This document shows, piece after piece, positions 1 to 9,448 of a stretch of DNA of 32,000 nucleotides. The position numbers were made by a program, and so were the translations under genes. Source of the stretch: Vibrio vulnificus CMCP6 (lineage in GTDB: Bacteria > Pseudomonadota > Gammaproteobacteria > Enterobacterales > Vibrionaceae); NCBI RefSeq assembly GCF_000039765.1, contig NC_004459.3:3166104-3198103 (forward strand). Reading direction: 5' to 3'. The notes under the pieces were generated by a model. That model was not told where the DNA came from. It saw only the letters and a list, made by a program, of their open reading frames with translations, and searched no databases. The stretch's first letter is position 1. Each line of letters starts with the position of its first letter.

Positions 1-27
1 AAAACAAAATACTGAGGAGAACGAGTA

Positions 28-1095
28 ATGTCGTTTTTTATTGCGAGCTCACCACACGCCCACAGTCGCAAAAGCACCCCAGATTTAATGAAATGGGTAG
101 CACTATGTGCATTACCCGGATTGTTGGCGCAAACCTACTTTTTTGGTTGGGGCACATTAGTTCAACTCATTTTGGCAATCACCATCGCGTTATCTTTAGA
201 AGCACTCGTGATGCTATTCAGAAAACGTCCACCAATGCGAGCGCTACGCGATCATAGTGCTCTGGTCACCGCTTGGTTACTGGCCGTCGCCATCCCCCCA
301 ATGGCCCCTTGGTGGATCATCACAATTGGCCTTTTGTTTGCGATCGTGATTGCAAAGCATCTCTATGGTGGTCTAGGGCAAAACCCGTTCAACCCTGCCA
401 TGATAGCTTATGTGGTACTTCTGATTTCCTTCCCAGTGCAAATGACCAGTTGGAGTGCTCCTCTACCTCTGATTGAAGCAGGACACGAAGTGGCCAAAGA
501 TCCAGTGACATTCGGGGATCTTCTTTCCCTGATCTTTACCGGACTCACTATCGATGGTTCTTCTCTGCAACAAGTTCGTGCAGGCATCGATGGCATTACC
601 ACGGCAACGCCGCTTGATGCTTTCAAAACGGGTCTGCACAGCGGAGCGACATCGTCAGAAATTCTCAGCCAACCTATTTTTGAAGGTTTTGCGGGTGTGG
701 GCTGGCAATGGGTTAACCTTGCCTACTTGGCGGGTGGTCTGATTTTGCTCAAGCAACGCGTTATCCAATGGCATATTCCTGTCGGATTTTTAGGTGCGTT
801 GCTTGTGATGAGCAGCTTTTTCTCCCTGTTCTTCCCTGGTGAAACAGCATCACCACTGTTTCACCTCCTTTCCGGTGCGACGATGCTTGGCGCATTCTTT
901 ATTGCAACGGATCCCGTATCCGCTTCAACAACAATAAAGGGGCGTATCCTCTTTGGGGCGATCATCGGTACTCTCGTCTTTATCATACGTAGCTGGGGAG
1001 GCTTCCCAGACGGTGTGGCATTTGCAGTGTTATTGGCCAACATGTGTGTACCTTTGATCGATTACTACACCAAACCAAGAACTTACGGGCACTAA
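28..1095 (+). CDS. rnfD: Rnf electron-transport complex subunit D (RnfD/RsxD, NqrB-like)
   Basis: 355-aa polytopic membrane ORF with a GAGGAG RBS upstream of the ATG. The sequence is recognisably RnfD-like (GITTATPLD flavin-attachment-type motif, FFIATDPVS near the C-terminus). It is followed by rnfG and rnfE in canonical operon order. Confidence 0.95.
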   Translation: MSFFIASSPHAHSRKSTPDLMKWVALCALPGLLAQTYFFGWGTLVQLILAITIALSLEALVMLFRKRPPMRALRDHSALVTAWLLAVAIPPMAPWWIITIGLLFAIVIAKHLYGGLGQNPFNPAMIAYVVLLISFPVQMTSWSAPLPLIEAGHEVAKDPVTFGDLLSLIFTGLTIDGSSLQQVRAGIDGITTATPLDAFKTGLHSGATSSEILSQPIFEGFAGVGWQWVNLAYLAGGLILLKQRVIQWHIPVGFLGALLVMSSFFSLFFPGETASPLFHLLSGATMLGAFFIATDPVSASTTIKGRILFGAIIGTLVFIIRSWGGFPDGVAFAVLLANMCVPLIDYYTKPRTYGH

Positions 1096-1110
1096 AAGGC
1101 AGGAAATGAA

Positions 1111-1746
1111 ATGTTAAACGCAATACGAAAGAACGGTTTAACACTAGCAATATTTGCCTGTGCTACCACAGGGCTAGTGGCCATGACGCAATATTTAACT
1201 AAGGACCAAATCACACTTCAGGAGCAAAAGCAGCTCTCTTCGATCCTTAATCAAGTCATCCCGCAAAGCGCACATGACAACTTATTGTTTGAATCTTGTA
1301 CATTGGTGAGCGATTCCGCGCTAGGCTCCGATAAGGCGATGCCAGCCTATATTGCTACACGTAATGGCCAAGCCACCGCCATTGCTATTGAGTCCGTAGC
1401 ACCAGATGGCTACAACGGTGCCATTAAGATCATTACGGGTATCGATACCAGCGGTACCGTGCTTGGCACGCGCGTACTTAGCCATCAAGAAACTCCAGGG
1501 TTAGGCGACAAGATCGACCTTAGAGTGACAGATTGGATCACCAGTTTCACCGGAAAACAGTTAAACGATGGCAACTATAACAGTTGGAAAGTGCGTAAAG
1601 ATGGTGGAGAATTTGACCAGTTTACCGGCGCGACCATTACACCTCGTGCGGTTGTTAAAGCGGTGCGCAACACCGTTGAGTTCGTCAATACCCATCGTGA
1701 ACAGATTCTGAATCAACCACTTAACTGTGGAGGCCACTATGAGTGA
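1111..1746 (+). CDS. rnfG: Rnf complex subunit G (RnfG/RsxG, NqrC-like FMN-binding)
   Basis: 211 aa with an N-terminal TM helix and an [11 protein letters not shown] motif (S/TGAT flavin-attachment motif of RnfG/NqrC). Lies between rnfD and rnfE. Confidence 0.9.
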
Positions 1747-2431
1747 GCATAAAAAATTACTTAAAAATGGCATGTGGGACAACAACCCTGCACTGGTCCA
1801 GCTACTTGGTCTGTGTCCGCTACTGGCGGTATCGTCAACCGTCACCAACGCACTTGGTCTCGGCATAGCAACATTATTGGTTCTCGTTGGCTCCAACGTC
1901 ACTGTTTCTCTGATTCGTAACTACGTACCAAAAGAAATTCGTATTCCGGTATTCGTTATGATCATTGCCTCACTGGTCACGTGCGTTCAATTACTGATGA
2001 ACGCCTACGCCTATGGCTTATACCTATCATTGGGCATTTTCATTCCTTTGATTGTGACCAACTGCATCATCATCGGCCGTGCTGAAGCGTACGCATCAAA
2101 AAATGATCCTTTGCCTGCGGCATTAGATGGCTTTTGGATGGGCATGGGTATGACCACCGTGCTTGTCGTTCTGGGCGCAATGCGCGAAATCATCGGCAAC
2201 GGTACCCTTTTCGATGGCGCGGATCTTCTGCTGGGTGAATGGGCGAGCGCACTGCGGATTCAAGTATTCCAATTTGACAGTAGCTTCCTACTGGCGCTGT
2301 TACCGCCCGGGGCATTTATTGGTGTCGGCCTGCTCATCGCGTTGAAAAATGTCATCGATACACAGTTAAAAGCTCGCCAACCTAAACAAGAAAAACCCGC
2401 GATTGAACGCGCTCGCGTGACTAACGCATAA
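1739..2431 (+). CDS. rnfE: Rnf complex subunit E (RnfE/RsxE, NqrD-like)
   Basis: The track ORF starts at 1727. I prefer the ATG at 1739 ([33 protein letters not shown]), which matches the RsxE-type N-terminus and has a GGAGG RBS. It overlaps the rnfG stop by 8 nt. Confidence 0.92.
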
Positions 2432-2502
2432 GTCACTGTCTAGGCTCATCAAAATATGCACCGCTAGAGTGCCCATGAGCCTAGAACAACTGGAAGTCAG
2501 CA

Positions 2503-3144
2503 ATGAATAAAGACAAACGCATACAAATTCTCGAACGATTACGAGAAAACAACCCCAACCCACAAACCGAACTCAATTGGAACTCCCCTTTTGAGCTGCT
2601 GATAGCGGTTTTGTTATCAGCACAAGCAACGGACGTCAGTGTCAATAAAGCCACCGACAAACTGTTCCCAGTCGCCAACACCCCTCAAGCGATGTTGGAT
2701 CTTGGGGTGGAAGGTCTGAAAGAGTACATTAAGACCATTGGCCTGTTTAATTCCAAAGCGGAAAACACCATCAAAACGTGTCGCATTCTGCTCGAAAAAC
2801 ACAACGGTGAAGTCCCTGAAGACCGAGACGCTCTTGAAGCACTGCCCGGGGTTGGGCGCAAAACCGCCAATGTGGTGCTCAACACCGCCTTTGGCTGGCC
2901 AACCATCGCTGTCGATACCCATATTTACCGCGTTTCCAATCGCACAAAGTTTGCCCCAGGCAAAAACGTGGATGAAGTCGAGCAGAAGTTACTTAAAGTG
3001 GTACCAAAAGAGTTTAAACTCGATGTCCACCACTGGTTGATTTTGCATGGACGCTACACCTGTATTGCACGCAAGCCTCGCTGTGGCAGTTGCATCATTG
3101 AAGACCTGTGCGAATTTAAAGAAAAAGTCTACCCAGAGAATTAA
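2503..3144 (+). CDS. nth: Endonuclease III (DNA-(apurinic/apyrimidinic site) lyase)
   Basis: 213 aa with an HhH-GPD motif (LPGVGRKTANVVL), catalytic-region VDTHIYRV and a C-terminal 4Fe-4S cluster loop CIARKPRCGSCIIEDLC. The position after rnfE is conserved with E. coli. Confidence 0.95.
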   Translation: MNKDKRIQILERLRENNPNPQTELNWNSPFELLIAVLLSAQATDVSVNKATDKLFPVANTPQAMLDLGVEGLKEYIKTIGLFNSKAENTIKTCRILLEKHNGEVPEDRDALEALPGVGRKTANVVLNTAFGWPTIAVDTHIYRVSNRTKFAPGKNVDEVEQKLLKVVPKEFKLDVHHWLILHGRYTCIARKPRCGSCIIEDLCEFKEKVYPEN

Positions 3145-3168
3145 TCTCTATCTGTAAGGAGCATAACA

Positions 3169-3585
3169 ATGTCAAATGGTCGCATTCTTCACACTATGTT
3201 GCGTGTGGGTAATTTAGATAAATCGATTCAGTTCTACACCGAAGTTATGGGCATGCAATTGCTTCGTACCAATGAAAACAAAGAGTATGAATATACTTTG
3301 GCGTTTCTAGGTTACGGTGACGAATCACAAGGCGCAGTCATCGAGTTAACTTACAACTGGGGTAAAACGGAGTACGACCTTGGCAGTGCATTTGGTCACA
3401 TCGCGATTGGCGTCGACGACATTTATGTTACTTGCGATGCCATCAAAGCCGCTGGCGGTAATGTGACTCGCGAACCTGGCCCAGTAAAAGGCGGCACAAC
3501 CCACATCGCCTTTGTGAAAGATCCTGATGGCTATATGATTGAGCTGATCCAAAACAAACAAGCATCAGCAGGTTTAGAAGGCTAA
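3169..3585 (+). CDS. gloA: Lactoylglutathione lyase (glyoxalase I)
   Basis: 138 aa. The N-terminus [23 protein letters not shown] and the GHIAIGVDD and [11 protein letters not shown] motifs are typical of Ni-type GloA. AAGGAG RBS. Confidence 0.95.
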   Translation: MSNGRILHTMLRVGNLDKSIQFYTEVMGMQLLRTNENKEYEYTLAFLGYGDESQGAVIELTYNWGKTEYDLGSAFGHIAIGVDDIYVTCDAIKAAGGNVTREPGPVKGGTTHIAFVKDPDGYMIELIQNKQASAGLEG

Positions 3586-3614
3586 TCGCCACGTCAATAT
3601 GGCGGAATAGCAAC

Positions 3615-3638
3615 GAGGAGGCTAAAGCCTCCTCTTTT
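3615..3638 (+). terminator. Rho-independent terminator after gloA
   Basis: GAGGAGGC-taaa-GCCTCCTC perfect 8-bp stem followed by TTTT. Confidence 0.75.
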
Positions 3639-3714
3639 GATCTTAATCATGAAACTTTACATGATAATAATTTTCATTTAGATTAATCCCAATTTTGCTA
3701 ACTGGGATAAGCAC

Positions 3715-4149
3715 ATGATCAGTGAATGGGAAAAACACACGTTGCTCGCCGATACCGCGCTGCAACTTGACGATCCAATTCGTAGTATTTTGCACTATCA
3801 ACAAGCCTACAATTTGAGCGAAGACATCATTGCTTCCTCAACGGTAGAAGCTGACGACAAATTACTGATATCCGTGATCTCGTGCCACAACTTGGCACAA
3901 TTTTGGCGCTGGGCGGGTGACACCGACTATGAGCTAAAATATCTGCAACTGGCCTCGGAAAAGGTGCTGACCTTAATTCCTCAGTGCCCTCACCACCAAT
4001 GTGAAAGTTTTATCGAGTCTATTGGATGCTGCAAAAAAGCGTTGTTCGATTTTTTAAAGCGTCACCCAAACCCAAAGATCGCGCAGCTGGTGGAGAAGAT
4101 TGACACGGCTACCCATTGCGAAATCATCGCAAAGTTCAAACTCAACTAA
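3715..4149 (+). CDS. Hypothetical cytoplasmic Cys/His-rich helical protein (144 aa)
   Basis: Uninterrupted ORF with no TM or signal peptide. Contains a C/H cluster ([19 protein letters not shown] plus SCHN and THCE). I do not recognise a characterised family; it may be a gammaproteobacterial DUF (unverified). The RBS is weak. Confidence 0.6.
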   Translation: MISEWEKHTLLADTALQLDDPIRSILHYQQAYNLSEDIIASSTVEADDKLLISVISCHNLAQFWRWAGDTDYELKYLQLASEKVLTLIPQCPHHQCESFIESIGCCKKALFDFLKRHPNPKIAQLVEKIDTATHCEIIAKFKLN

Positions 4150-5027
4150 ACTTCACTTCGCCCCAGTGAAATGACAACGCGGCGGTTTTTATCTTTACCA
4201 ATAGGCGTTGCGTTGTCTGCAATTGGGCGGCGTTTACCATAACCTTGAACTTGGATGCGATCTTCCGTCAATCCTAGTGCTTTGAAATAATCTCTCAACG
4301 ATTCCGCTCTACGTTCTGATAAGTTTTGGCTAACGCTAGTACCATCAGTGGAATCGGTGTAAGTCGAAACCAACACCAAATCAATATCAGAGTTGTAGCG
4401 CACGTATTCAGCAATCTGCGACAAGCGCTTTTGCGATGCCTTGGTGAGTTTATCCCCATTGCGTTCATAATGCAGAATAGTGAACGAAATATCTTCAAAG
4501 CTGTAAGGCAACAGATTGGCGACACAATCGCTAAATACGTTGTATTTTTGCTGGAACAGAACGGCAGATAGCGCAACTTCAATTCTTTGGTCACGGCTTT
4601 GCCAATCTTGATAACTAAACGTCGGATAACGCCCTTTCTCTAACTCAGACAGAATGCCCCATGCCGTTTGCCCACCAACATAACCATTAAACTGTTGAAA
4701 GAACTTAATATTAGTAATGCGGTCGGCATTTTCTCCTGGTCGCCATGGAGGCGGCATCGAAATCAAACTCACATTGCGTGTTTCGCCCATAGGTCGACGC
4801 ATTTTTAGCTCAAAATCCAACACAATTTTTTTACTTGCGCGTGAAGAGAATTCCGCATCACCGTAGTTAGGGATCGGATGCACCAAACGGCATTCCAGCG
4901 GTGAATTCATCACCATTTCCCATTGTGATTGCTGCGGGGTGGCAATATAACGCTTCGTCATCGCTGCCGATGGCAATGATGCAAAGGTAGTTAGTACTAA
5001 ACCACTGGTTATTAGCCACTTTTTCAT
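4146..5027 (-). CDS. motY: Sodium-type polar flagellar motor T-ring protein MotY (OmpA-like C-terminal domain)
   Basis: The signal peptide [22 protein letters not shown], the body and the OmpA-like C-terminus ([22 protein letters not shown]...[12 protein letters not shown]) closely match the Vibrio MotY sequence as I remember it. The track ORF begins at a GTG (5033); I prefer the ATG at 5027. Confidence 0.85.
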   Translation of the reverse strand: MKKWLITSGLVLTTFASLPSAAMTKRYIATPQQSQWEMVMNSPLECRLVHPIPNYGDAEFSSRASKKIVLDFELKMRRPMGETRNVSLISMPPPWRPGENADRITNIKFFQQFNGYVGGQTAWGILSELEKGRYPTFSYQDWQSRDQRIEVALSAVLFQQKYNVFSDCVANLLPYSFEDISFTILHYERNGDKLTKASQKRLSQIAEYVRYNSDIDLVLVSTYTDSTDGTSVSQNLSERRAESLRDYFKALGLTEDRIQVQGYGKRRPIADNATPIGKDKNRRVVISLGRSEV

Positions 5028-5225
5028 TATCACTACTTCTCTTACTCGCTCACGGTTGCGTGGCAGACATTTGCCACTACCGGATGAATTCTATCTGACT
5101 TACACATTTATGCAAAAACCTCGCCAAATAGGAGCAAAACTTTTGCGGTTTTCTCCTTTTGTAACGTTTTTTTCATAAGGATAATCTGTAATAATGCAGC
5201 CTTTGTCACACAAAAATATAGAAAC

Positions 5226-5879
5226 ATGACTGTAGAAAACACAGCACTGACCCTGAAAAAACGCTTTCGCGGCTATTTTCCTGTTGTCGTCGATGTTGAA
5301 ACCGCCGGGTTCAATGCCCAAACGGATGCCCTCTTAGAAATTTGCGCCGTCACACTATCCATGGATGAAAACGGTGATCTTCACCCTGCATCGACCATTC
5401 ACTTTCATGTTGAACCCTTTGATGGGGCAAATCTCGAAAAAGAAGCACTTGAGTTCAACGGCATTCGCGACCCGTTTAGCCCATTACGCGGCGCAGTGAC
5501 GGAACAAGAAGCGCTAAAAGAGATCTATAAACTCATCCGTAGAGAACAAAAAGCCGCTGATTGTAGCCGCGCCATTATGGTGGCACACAACGCAGCGTTT
5601 GACTTAAGTTTCGTTAACGCCGCTAATGAGCGTTGCAAACTTAAACGAGTCCCGTTTCATCCCTTTGCCACTTTCGATACCGCAACGCTCAGTGGCTTAG
5701 CTTATGGCCAAACTGTACTGGCGAAAGCGTGTAAAACCGCAGGGATGGAATTTGACAATCGTGAGGCCCACTCGGCGCTTTACGATACCGAAAAAACCGC
5801 AGAGCTGTTCTGTGGCATCGTCAATAAATGGAAAGCGCTTGGAGGCTGGCCATTAATTGAAGATGAAAACGAAAAATAA
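5226..5879 (+). CDS. rnt: Ribonuclease T (DEDDh 3'-5' exoribonuclease)
   Basis: 217 aa with [18 protein letters not shown] (ExoI), VAHNAAFD (ExoII) and HSALYD (ExoIII) motifs. Colinear with E. coli RNase T. Confidence 0.95.
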   Translation: MTVENTALTLKKRFRGYFPVVVDVETAGFNAQTDALLEICAVTLSMDENGDLHPASTIHFHVEPFDGANLEKEALEFNGIRDPFSPLRGAVTEQEALKEIYKLIRREQKAADCSRAIMVAHNAAFDLSFVNAANERCKLKRVPFHPFATFDTATLSGLAYGQTVLAKACKTAGMEFDNREAHSALYDTEKTAELFCGIVNKWKALGGWPLIEDENEK

Positions 5880-5907
5880 TAAGTAAACACAACTACCTGA
5901 GAAAACT

Positions 5908-7233
5908 ATGAATCCTGTCGTTATATCTGTTTGCGTCATGCTAATTTTAGCCTTGATGCGAGTGAACGTGGTGGTCGCCCTCACGTTCAGTGCCATCGTT
6001 GGTGGCCTTGTTGCTGGAATGGGCCTAGGCGATACCATCGCTGCTTTTGAAAGTGGCCTTGGTGGAGGTGCAACCATCGCACTGAGCTACGCCATGTTGG
6101 GCACCTTCGCAGTTGCTATTTCGAAATCGGGCATTACTGACCTGCTTGCCAGAAGCGTAATTAAGCGCCTTAACGGCAAAGAAAGTGACGCTTCAACCAC
6201 CGGCTTAAAATACGCTGTTTTGGTCGCGCTCGTACTGGTGACCATGTCATCGCAAAACGTCATTCCTGTCCATATCGCCTTTATTCCCATTTTAATTCCA
6301 CCTCTATTGGGCGTATTTGCAAAACTCAAACTCGATCGTCGATTGGTCGCTTGTGTGCTGACATTTGGCCTGATTACGCCATACATGGTCTTGCCTGTCG
6401 GCTTTGGCGGTATTTTCCTCAATAACATCCTATTGAAAAACCTGCACGATAACGGTTTAGAAAGCGTTGTCGCCAGCCAAGTACCGACCGCAATGCTCCT
6501 ACCAGGTGCGGGTATGGTGTTTGGTCTTTTGACTGCTATTTTCTTTAGCTACCGCAAACCTCGCGAATACCGTGAAACCGAGCTGACCGTGGTGCATGAA
6601 GAAAGCGAAGGCATCAACAAAAAGCACATTCTGGTTGCAGCCCTAGGTATCATCGCAGCTCTTAGTGTTCAGCTATACACGGGTTCAATGATCATTGGTG
6701 CACTGGCTGGCTTTATGGTCTTCACCTTTGGTGGTGTCATTGCTTGGAAAGAGACTCATGATGTATTCACTAAAGGTGTTCATATGATGGCAATGATCGG
6801 CTTCATCATGATCGCCGCCGCTGGTTTTGCTGCGGTAATGAAACAAACGGGTGGCGTTGAAACACTGGTAGAATCGCTGTCAACCAGCATCGGTGACAAC
6901 AAAGGCCTCGCTGCTCTTCTTATGCTTGTGGTCGGTCTGCTTGTTACGATGGGGATTGGTTCTTCTTTCTCAACCATTCCAATCTTAGCAACCATCTACG
7001 TTCCGCTTTCCATCGCTTTTGGTTTTTCACCGATGGCAACCATCGCTCTTGTGGGTACCGCAGCAGCGCTTGGTGACGCAGGTTCACCCGCTTCTGATTC
7101 AACGTTAGGCCCAACTTCTGGCCTGAATGCCGACGGGCAACACGAGCACATTTGGGAAACGGTTGTTCCAACCTTTATCCACTACAATATCCCGCTCATT
7201 ATTTTTGGTTGGATCGCAGCTATGGTGCTGTAA
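5908..7233 (+). CDS. NhaC-superfamily membrane transporter (Na+/H+ antiporter family, YuiF-like; substrate unknown)
   Basis: 441-aa highly hydrophobic ORF with about 11-12 predicted TM segments. The N-terminus [18 protein letters not shown] and overall pattern resemble the YuiF / Na_H_antiporter family. The family call is from memory and was not searched. Confidence 0.8.
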   Translation: MNPVVISVCVMLILALMRVNVVVALTFSAIVGGLVAGMGLGDTIAAFESGLGGGATIALSYAMLGTFAVAISKSGITDLLARSVIKRLNGKESDASTTGLKYAVLVALVLVTMSSQNVIPVHIAFIPILIPPLLGVFAKLKLDRRLVACVLTFGLITPYMVLPVGFGGIFLNNILLKNLHDNGLESVVASQVPTAMLLPGAGMVFGLLTAIFFSYRKPREYRETELTVVHEESEGINKKHILVAALGIIAALSVQLYTGSMIIGALAGFMVFTFGGVIAWKETHDVFTKGVHMMAMIGFIMIAAAGFAAVMKQTGGVETLVESLSTSIGDNKGLAALLMLVVGLLVTMGIGSSFSTIPILATIYVPLSIAFGFSPMATIALVGTAAALGDAGSPASDSTLGPTSGLNADGQHEHIWETVVPTFIHYNIPLIIFGWIAAMVL

Positions 7234-7267
7234 GCACTTTAATACGTTGTACGATCGACAATCATAA

Positions 7268-7300
7268 AGAAGCCGCTCTGTTGAGCGGCTTTCTCTTTCA
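7268..7300. terminator. Hairpin terminator between the convergent transporter and DsbA-like genes
   Basis: AGCCGCTC-tgtt-GAGCGGCT stem flanked by an A-rich 5' side and a T-rich 3' side (TTCTCTTTC). Confidence 0.65.
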
Positions 7301-7365
7301 ATAAAAATAGGTTGGTCTTTTCAGCGTGTCTCGCTGGCCTATTTCATCGCGTTATTTTCATCACA

Positions 7366-7995
7366 CTATTGAGCGGGCATATTCTCGACAATGCGCTCAC
7401 GGATCAACTTTAACGTCGGTTCGGTGGAGAGGTAATCGATCTCGATTGGAAAATACGCATCGTTAATTTGCAATACTAAACTTGGGTAAGAGTTTACGCC
7501 TAAGCTTCGAGCTAAACTCAGTTGATCTTCAAAGACACCTTCCAATAAACGCCCCGTCACATCGTTTTCAAACTGTTGAACATTGAGTCCAATTTCTTGC
7601 GCAAGCTGGCGATGTGTCGCTTCATCATGTGGCGGCATGGCGCGCAAATAATACGCGTGTTGGATCGCCTCTAGCATTTGCTCATAAGAATCTTGAAAAC
7701 CTGCGGCAATCACCGCACGACACGCCTGATAGGTACTACGAACTGGTGTACAACTTGTCCAAAACTCATAATTAAATTGAGTCCCTAGGCGCTGTTCAAT
7801 TTGATGCCAAATGCTTTCAATTTTTTGCTGCATTTCAGGTGGCATCGGCAATGTTGAATCTGGCGCTAAGCCGCCAACCACATACTCAAACTGAATGACT
7901 CCAGGTAACTGTTGCTTCAATTTTTCCAAGGTAGGTTTGTATCCCCAGCACCAGCTGCACATAGGATCATGGACGTAATATAGTTTGATTTTCAT
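7366..7995 (-). CDS. DsbA-family thioredoxin-fold protein (FrnE/2-hydroxychromene-2-carboxylate isomerase-like)
   Basis: 209 aa with an N-terminal beta-strand followed by a CSWC active-site motif (YVHDPMCSWCWGY). No signal peptide, so likely cytoplasmic. Confidence 0.8.
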   Translation of the reverse strand: MKIKLYYVHDPMCSWCWGYKPTLEKLKQQLPGVIQFEYVVGGLAPDSTLPMPPEMQQKIESIWHQIEQRLGTQFNYEFWTSCTPVRSTYQACRAVIAAGFQDSYEQMLEAIQHAYYLRAMPPHDEATHRQLAQEIGLNVQQFENDVTGRLLEGVFEDQLSLARSLGVNSYPSLVLQINDAYFPIEIDYLSTEPTLKLIRERIVENMPAQ

Positions 7996-8002
7996 GGTAG
8001 TA

Positions 8003-8035
8003 ACTCAAAAACAAAAAGGAGCCAAACAGCTCCTT
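8003..8035 (-). terminator. Rho-independent terminator after grxD
   Basis: On the minus strand: AAGGAGC-tgtttg-GCTCCTT followed by TTTGTTTTT. Confidence 0.65.
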
Positions 8036-8103
8036 CGTATTCTATCTTCGTTTGAAGATAACCACTACCGAAACTCTTTCAAGCTCCATAGTGGTTGGCC
8101 AAA

Positions 8104-8442
8104 TTATTCCGCGTCGCTGCCCGCTGCGCGTGCTGCCGCTTCTTTGATCAATGGTTGAAGTTCGCCTTTTTGGAACATCTCAATCACGATATCACAACCG
8201 CCAATCAACTCACCTTCAACCCATAGTTGTGGGAAAGTAGGCCACTCCGCGTATTTTGGCAACTCAGCACGAATATCTGGGTTTTGTAGAATGTCTACAT
8301 AAGCAAATTTTTCGCCACATGCCATCAATGCTTGAGCTGCTTGAGAAGAAAAACCACAGCTTGGTAGCTTTGGAGAACCTTTCATGTAGAGAAGGATTGG
8401 GTTTTCTGCGATTTGTTGTTTGATTTTGTCGATAGTTTCCAT
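8104..8442 (-). CDS. grxD: Monothiol glutaredoxin Grx4/GrxD
   Basis: CGFS active site (PKLPSCGFS) and WPTFPQLW...GGCDI motifs. I prefer the ATG at 8442 (METIDKIKQQI) with a GAGGAA RBS; the 13-codon N-terminal extension in the track ORF is probably not translated. Confidence 0.93.
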   Translation of the reverse strand: METIDKIKQQIAENPILLYMKGSPKLPSCGFSSQAAQALMACGEKFAYVDILQNPDIRAELPKYAEWPTFPQLWVEGELIGGCDIVIEMFQKGELQPLIKEAAARAAGSDAE

Positions 8443-8742
8443 TGCTTCCTCGTTCACGGAATGACTGCAAATTTTTCGCACATTCTACCTTATTAGTGCA
8501 GAATAAAAAGCACATAAAATTAAGGGCTATTGTCCGTACTAGATCCGCATTAGAATGACAAAGAAATTTCATATCAAAAAGCGGATTTTTCCTTTTAATA
8601 AAGTAAAAACTTGCTAAACTATAGCGCAAGTCAGTCATATTGACAGTCGATTCGTTGATGAATCATCAAACGGGTTGATTTAATTATAAATTCACTGGAA
8701 GCAACCGAAGGTAATCCCTTCATATAAATGGAGAATCGAGCA

Positions 8743-9327
8743 ATGGCATTTGAACTACCAGCTCTTCCTTACGCAAAAGACGCGCTTGAGCCACACATCT
8801 CTGCAGAAACTCTTGAGTTCCACCACGGCAAACACCACAACACTTACGTTGTGAAACTGAACGGCCTAATTCCTGGTACTGAATTCGAAGGTAAAACTCT
8901 AGAAGAGATCATCAAGACTTCTACTGGCGGTATCTTCAACAACGCAGCGCAAGTATGGAACCACACTTTCTACTGGCACTGTCTTGCTCCAAATGCAGGC
9001 GGCGAGCCAACAGGTGCAGTTGCAGAAGCGATCAACGCAGCATTCGGTTCATTCGAAGAGTTCAAAGCAAAATTCACGGATTCAGCAATCAACAACTTTG
9101 GTTCATCTTGGACTTGGTTGGTGAAGAAAGCTGACGGCTCTCTAGCAATCGTTAATACTTCAAATGCGGCAACACCAATCACTGAAGAAGGCGTAACTCC
9201 ACTACTGACTGTAGACCTATGGGAACACGCTTACTACATCGATTACCGCAACCTACGTCCAGACTACATGAACGGTTTCTGGGCACTGGTTAACTGGGAT
9301 TTCGTTGCAGAGAACCTAGCGAAATAA
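8743..9327 (+). CDS. sodB: Iron superoxide dismutase
   Basis: [32 protein letters not shown], with metal ligands H..H..D..H (DLWEHAYY). The ATG at 8743 is preceded by a GGAGAA RBS. Strongly biased codon usage. Confidence 0.95.
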   Translation: MAFELPALPYAKDALEPHISAETLEFHHGKHHNTYVVKLNGLIPGTEFEGKTLEEIIKTSTGGIFNNAAQVWNHTFYWHCLAPNAGGEPTGAVAEAINAAFGSFEEFKAKFTDSAINNFGSSWTWLVKKADGSLAIVNTSNAATPITEEGVTPLLTVDLWEHAYYIDYRNLRPDYMNGFWALVNWDFVAENLAK

Positions 9328-9363
9328 TTTTCGCCCCTTAAGTTCCAATTTAGTCATACTTGA

Positions 9364-9387
9364 AAGCCCGCATTCGCGGGCTTTTTG
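9364..9387 (+). terminator. Rho-independent terminator after sodB
   Basis: AAGCCCGC-attc-GCGGGCTT stem followed by TTTTGTTT. Confidence 0.8.
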
Positions 9388-9448
9388 TTTATTTTCCCTA
9401 AAGTTATCTGCCGACGTGCCGCTAATAAAGCATCACACGGAGAGCCGC

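Noticed and set aside
1-28. 3' end of rnfC upstream of rnfD.
   Set aside because: It is expected from operon order. However, two frames end here (TGA at 13..15, and TAA at 26..28 overlapping the rnfD ATG), and 4-9 codons are too few to decide which, so it is not reported as a feature.
5060-5078. Sigma54-like element GTGGCAGACATTTGCCAC (TGGCA...TGC on both strands) upstream of motY. Some flagellar genes are RpoN-dependent.
   Set aside because: The GG-to-GC spacing is 11 nt on either strand instead of the strictly required 12 (TGGCAC-N5-TTGC). It may simply be a 6-bp inverted repeat. A sigma28-like match nearby (TAAG-N15-CCGGTAGT) is also too weak to call.
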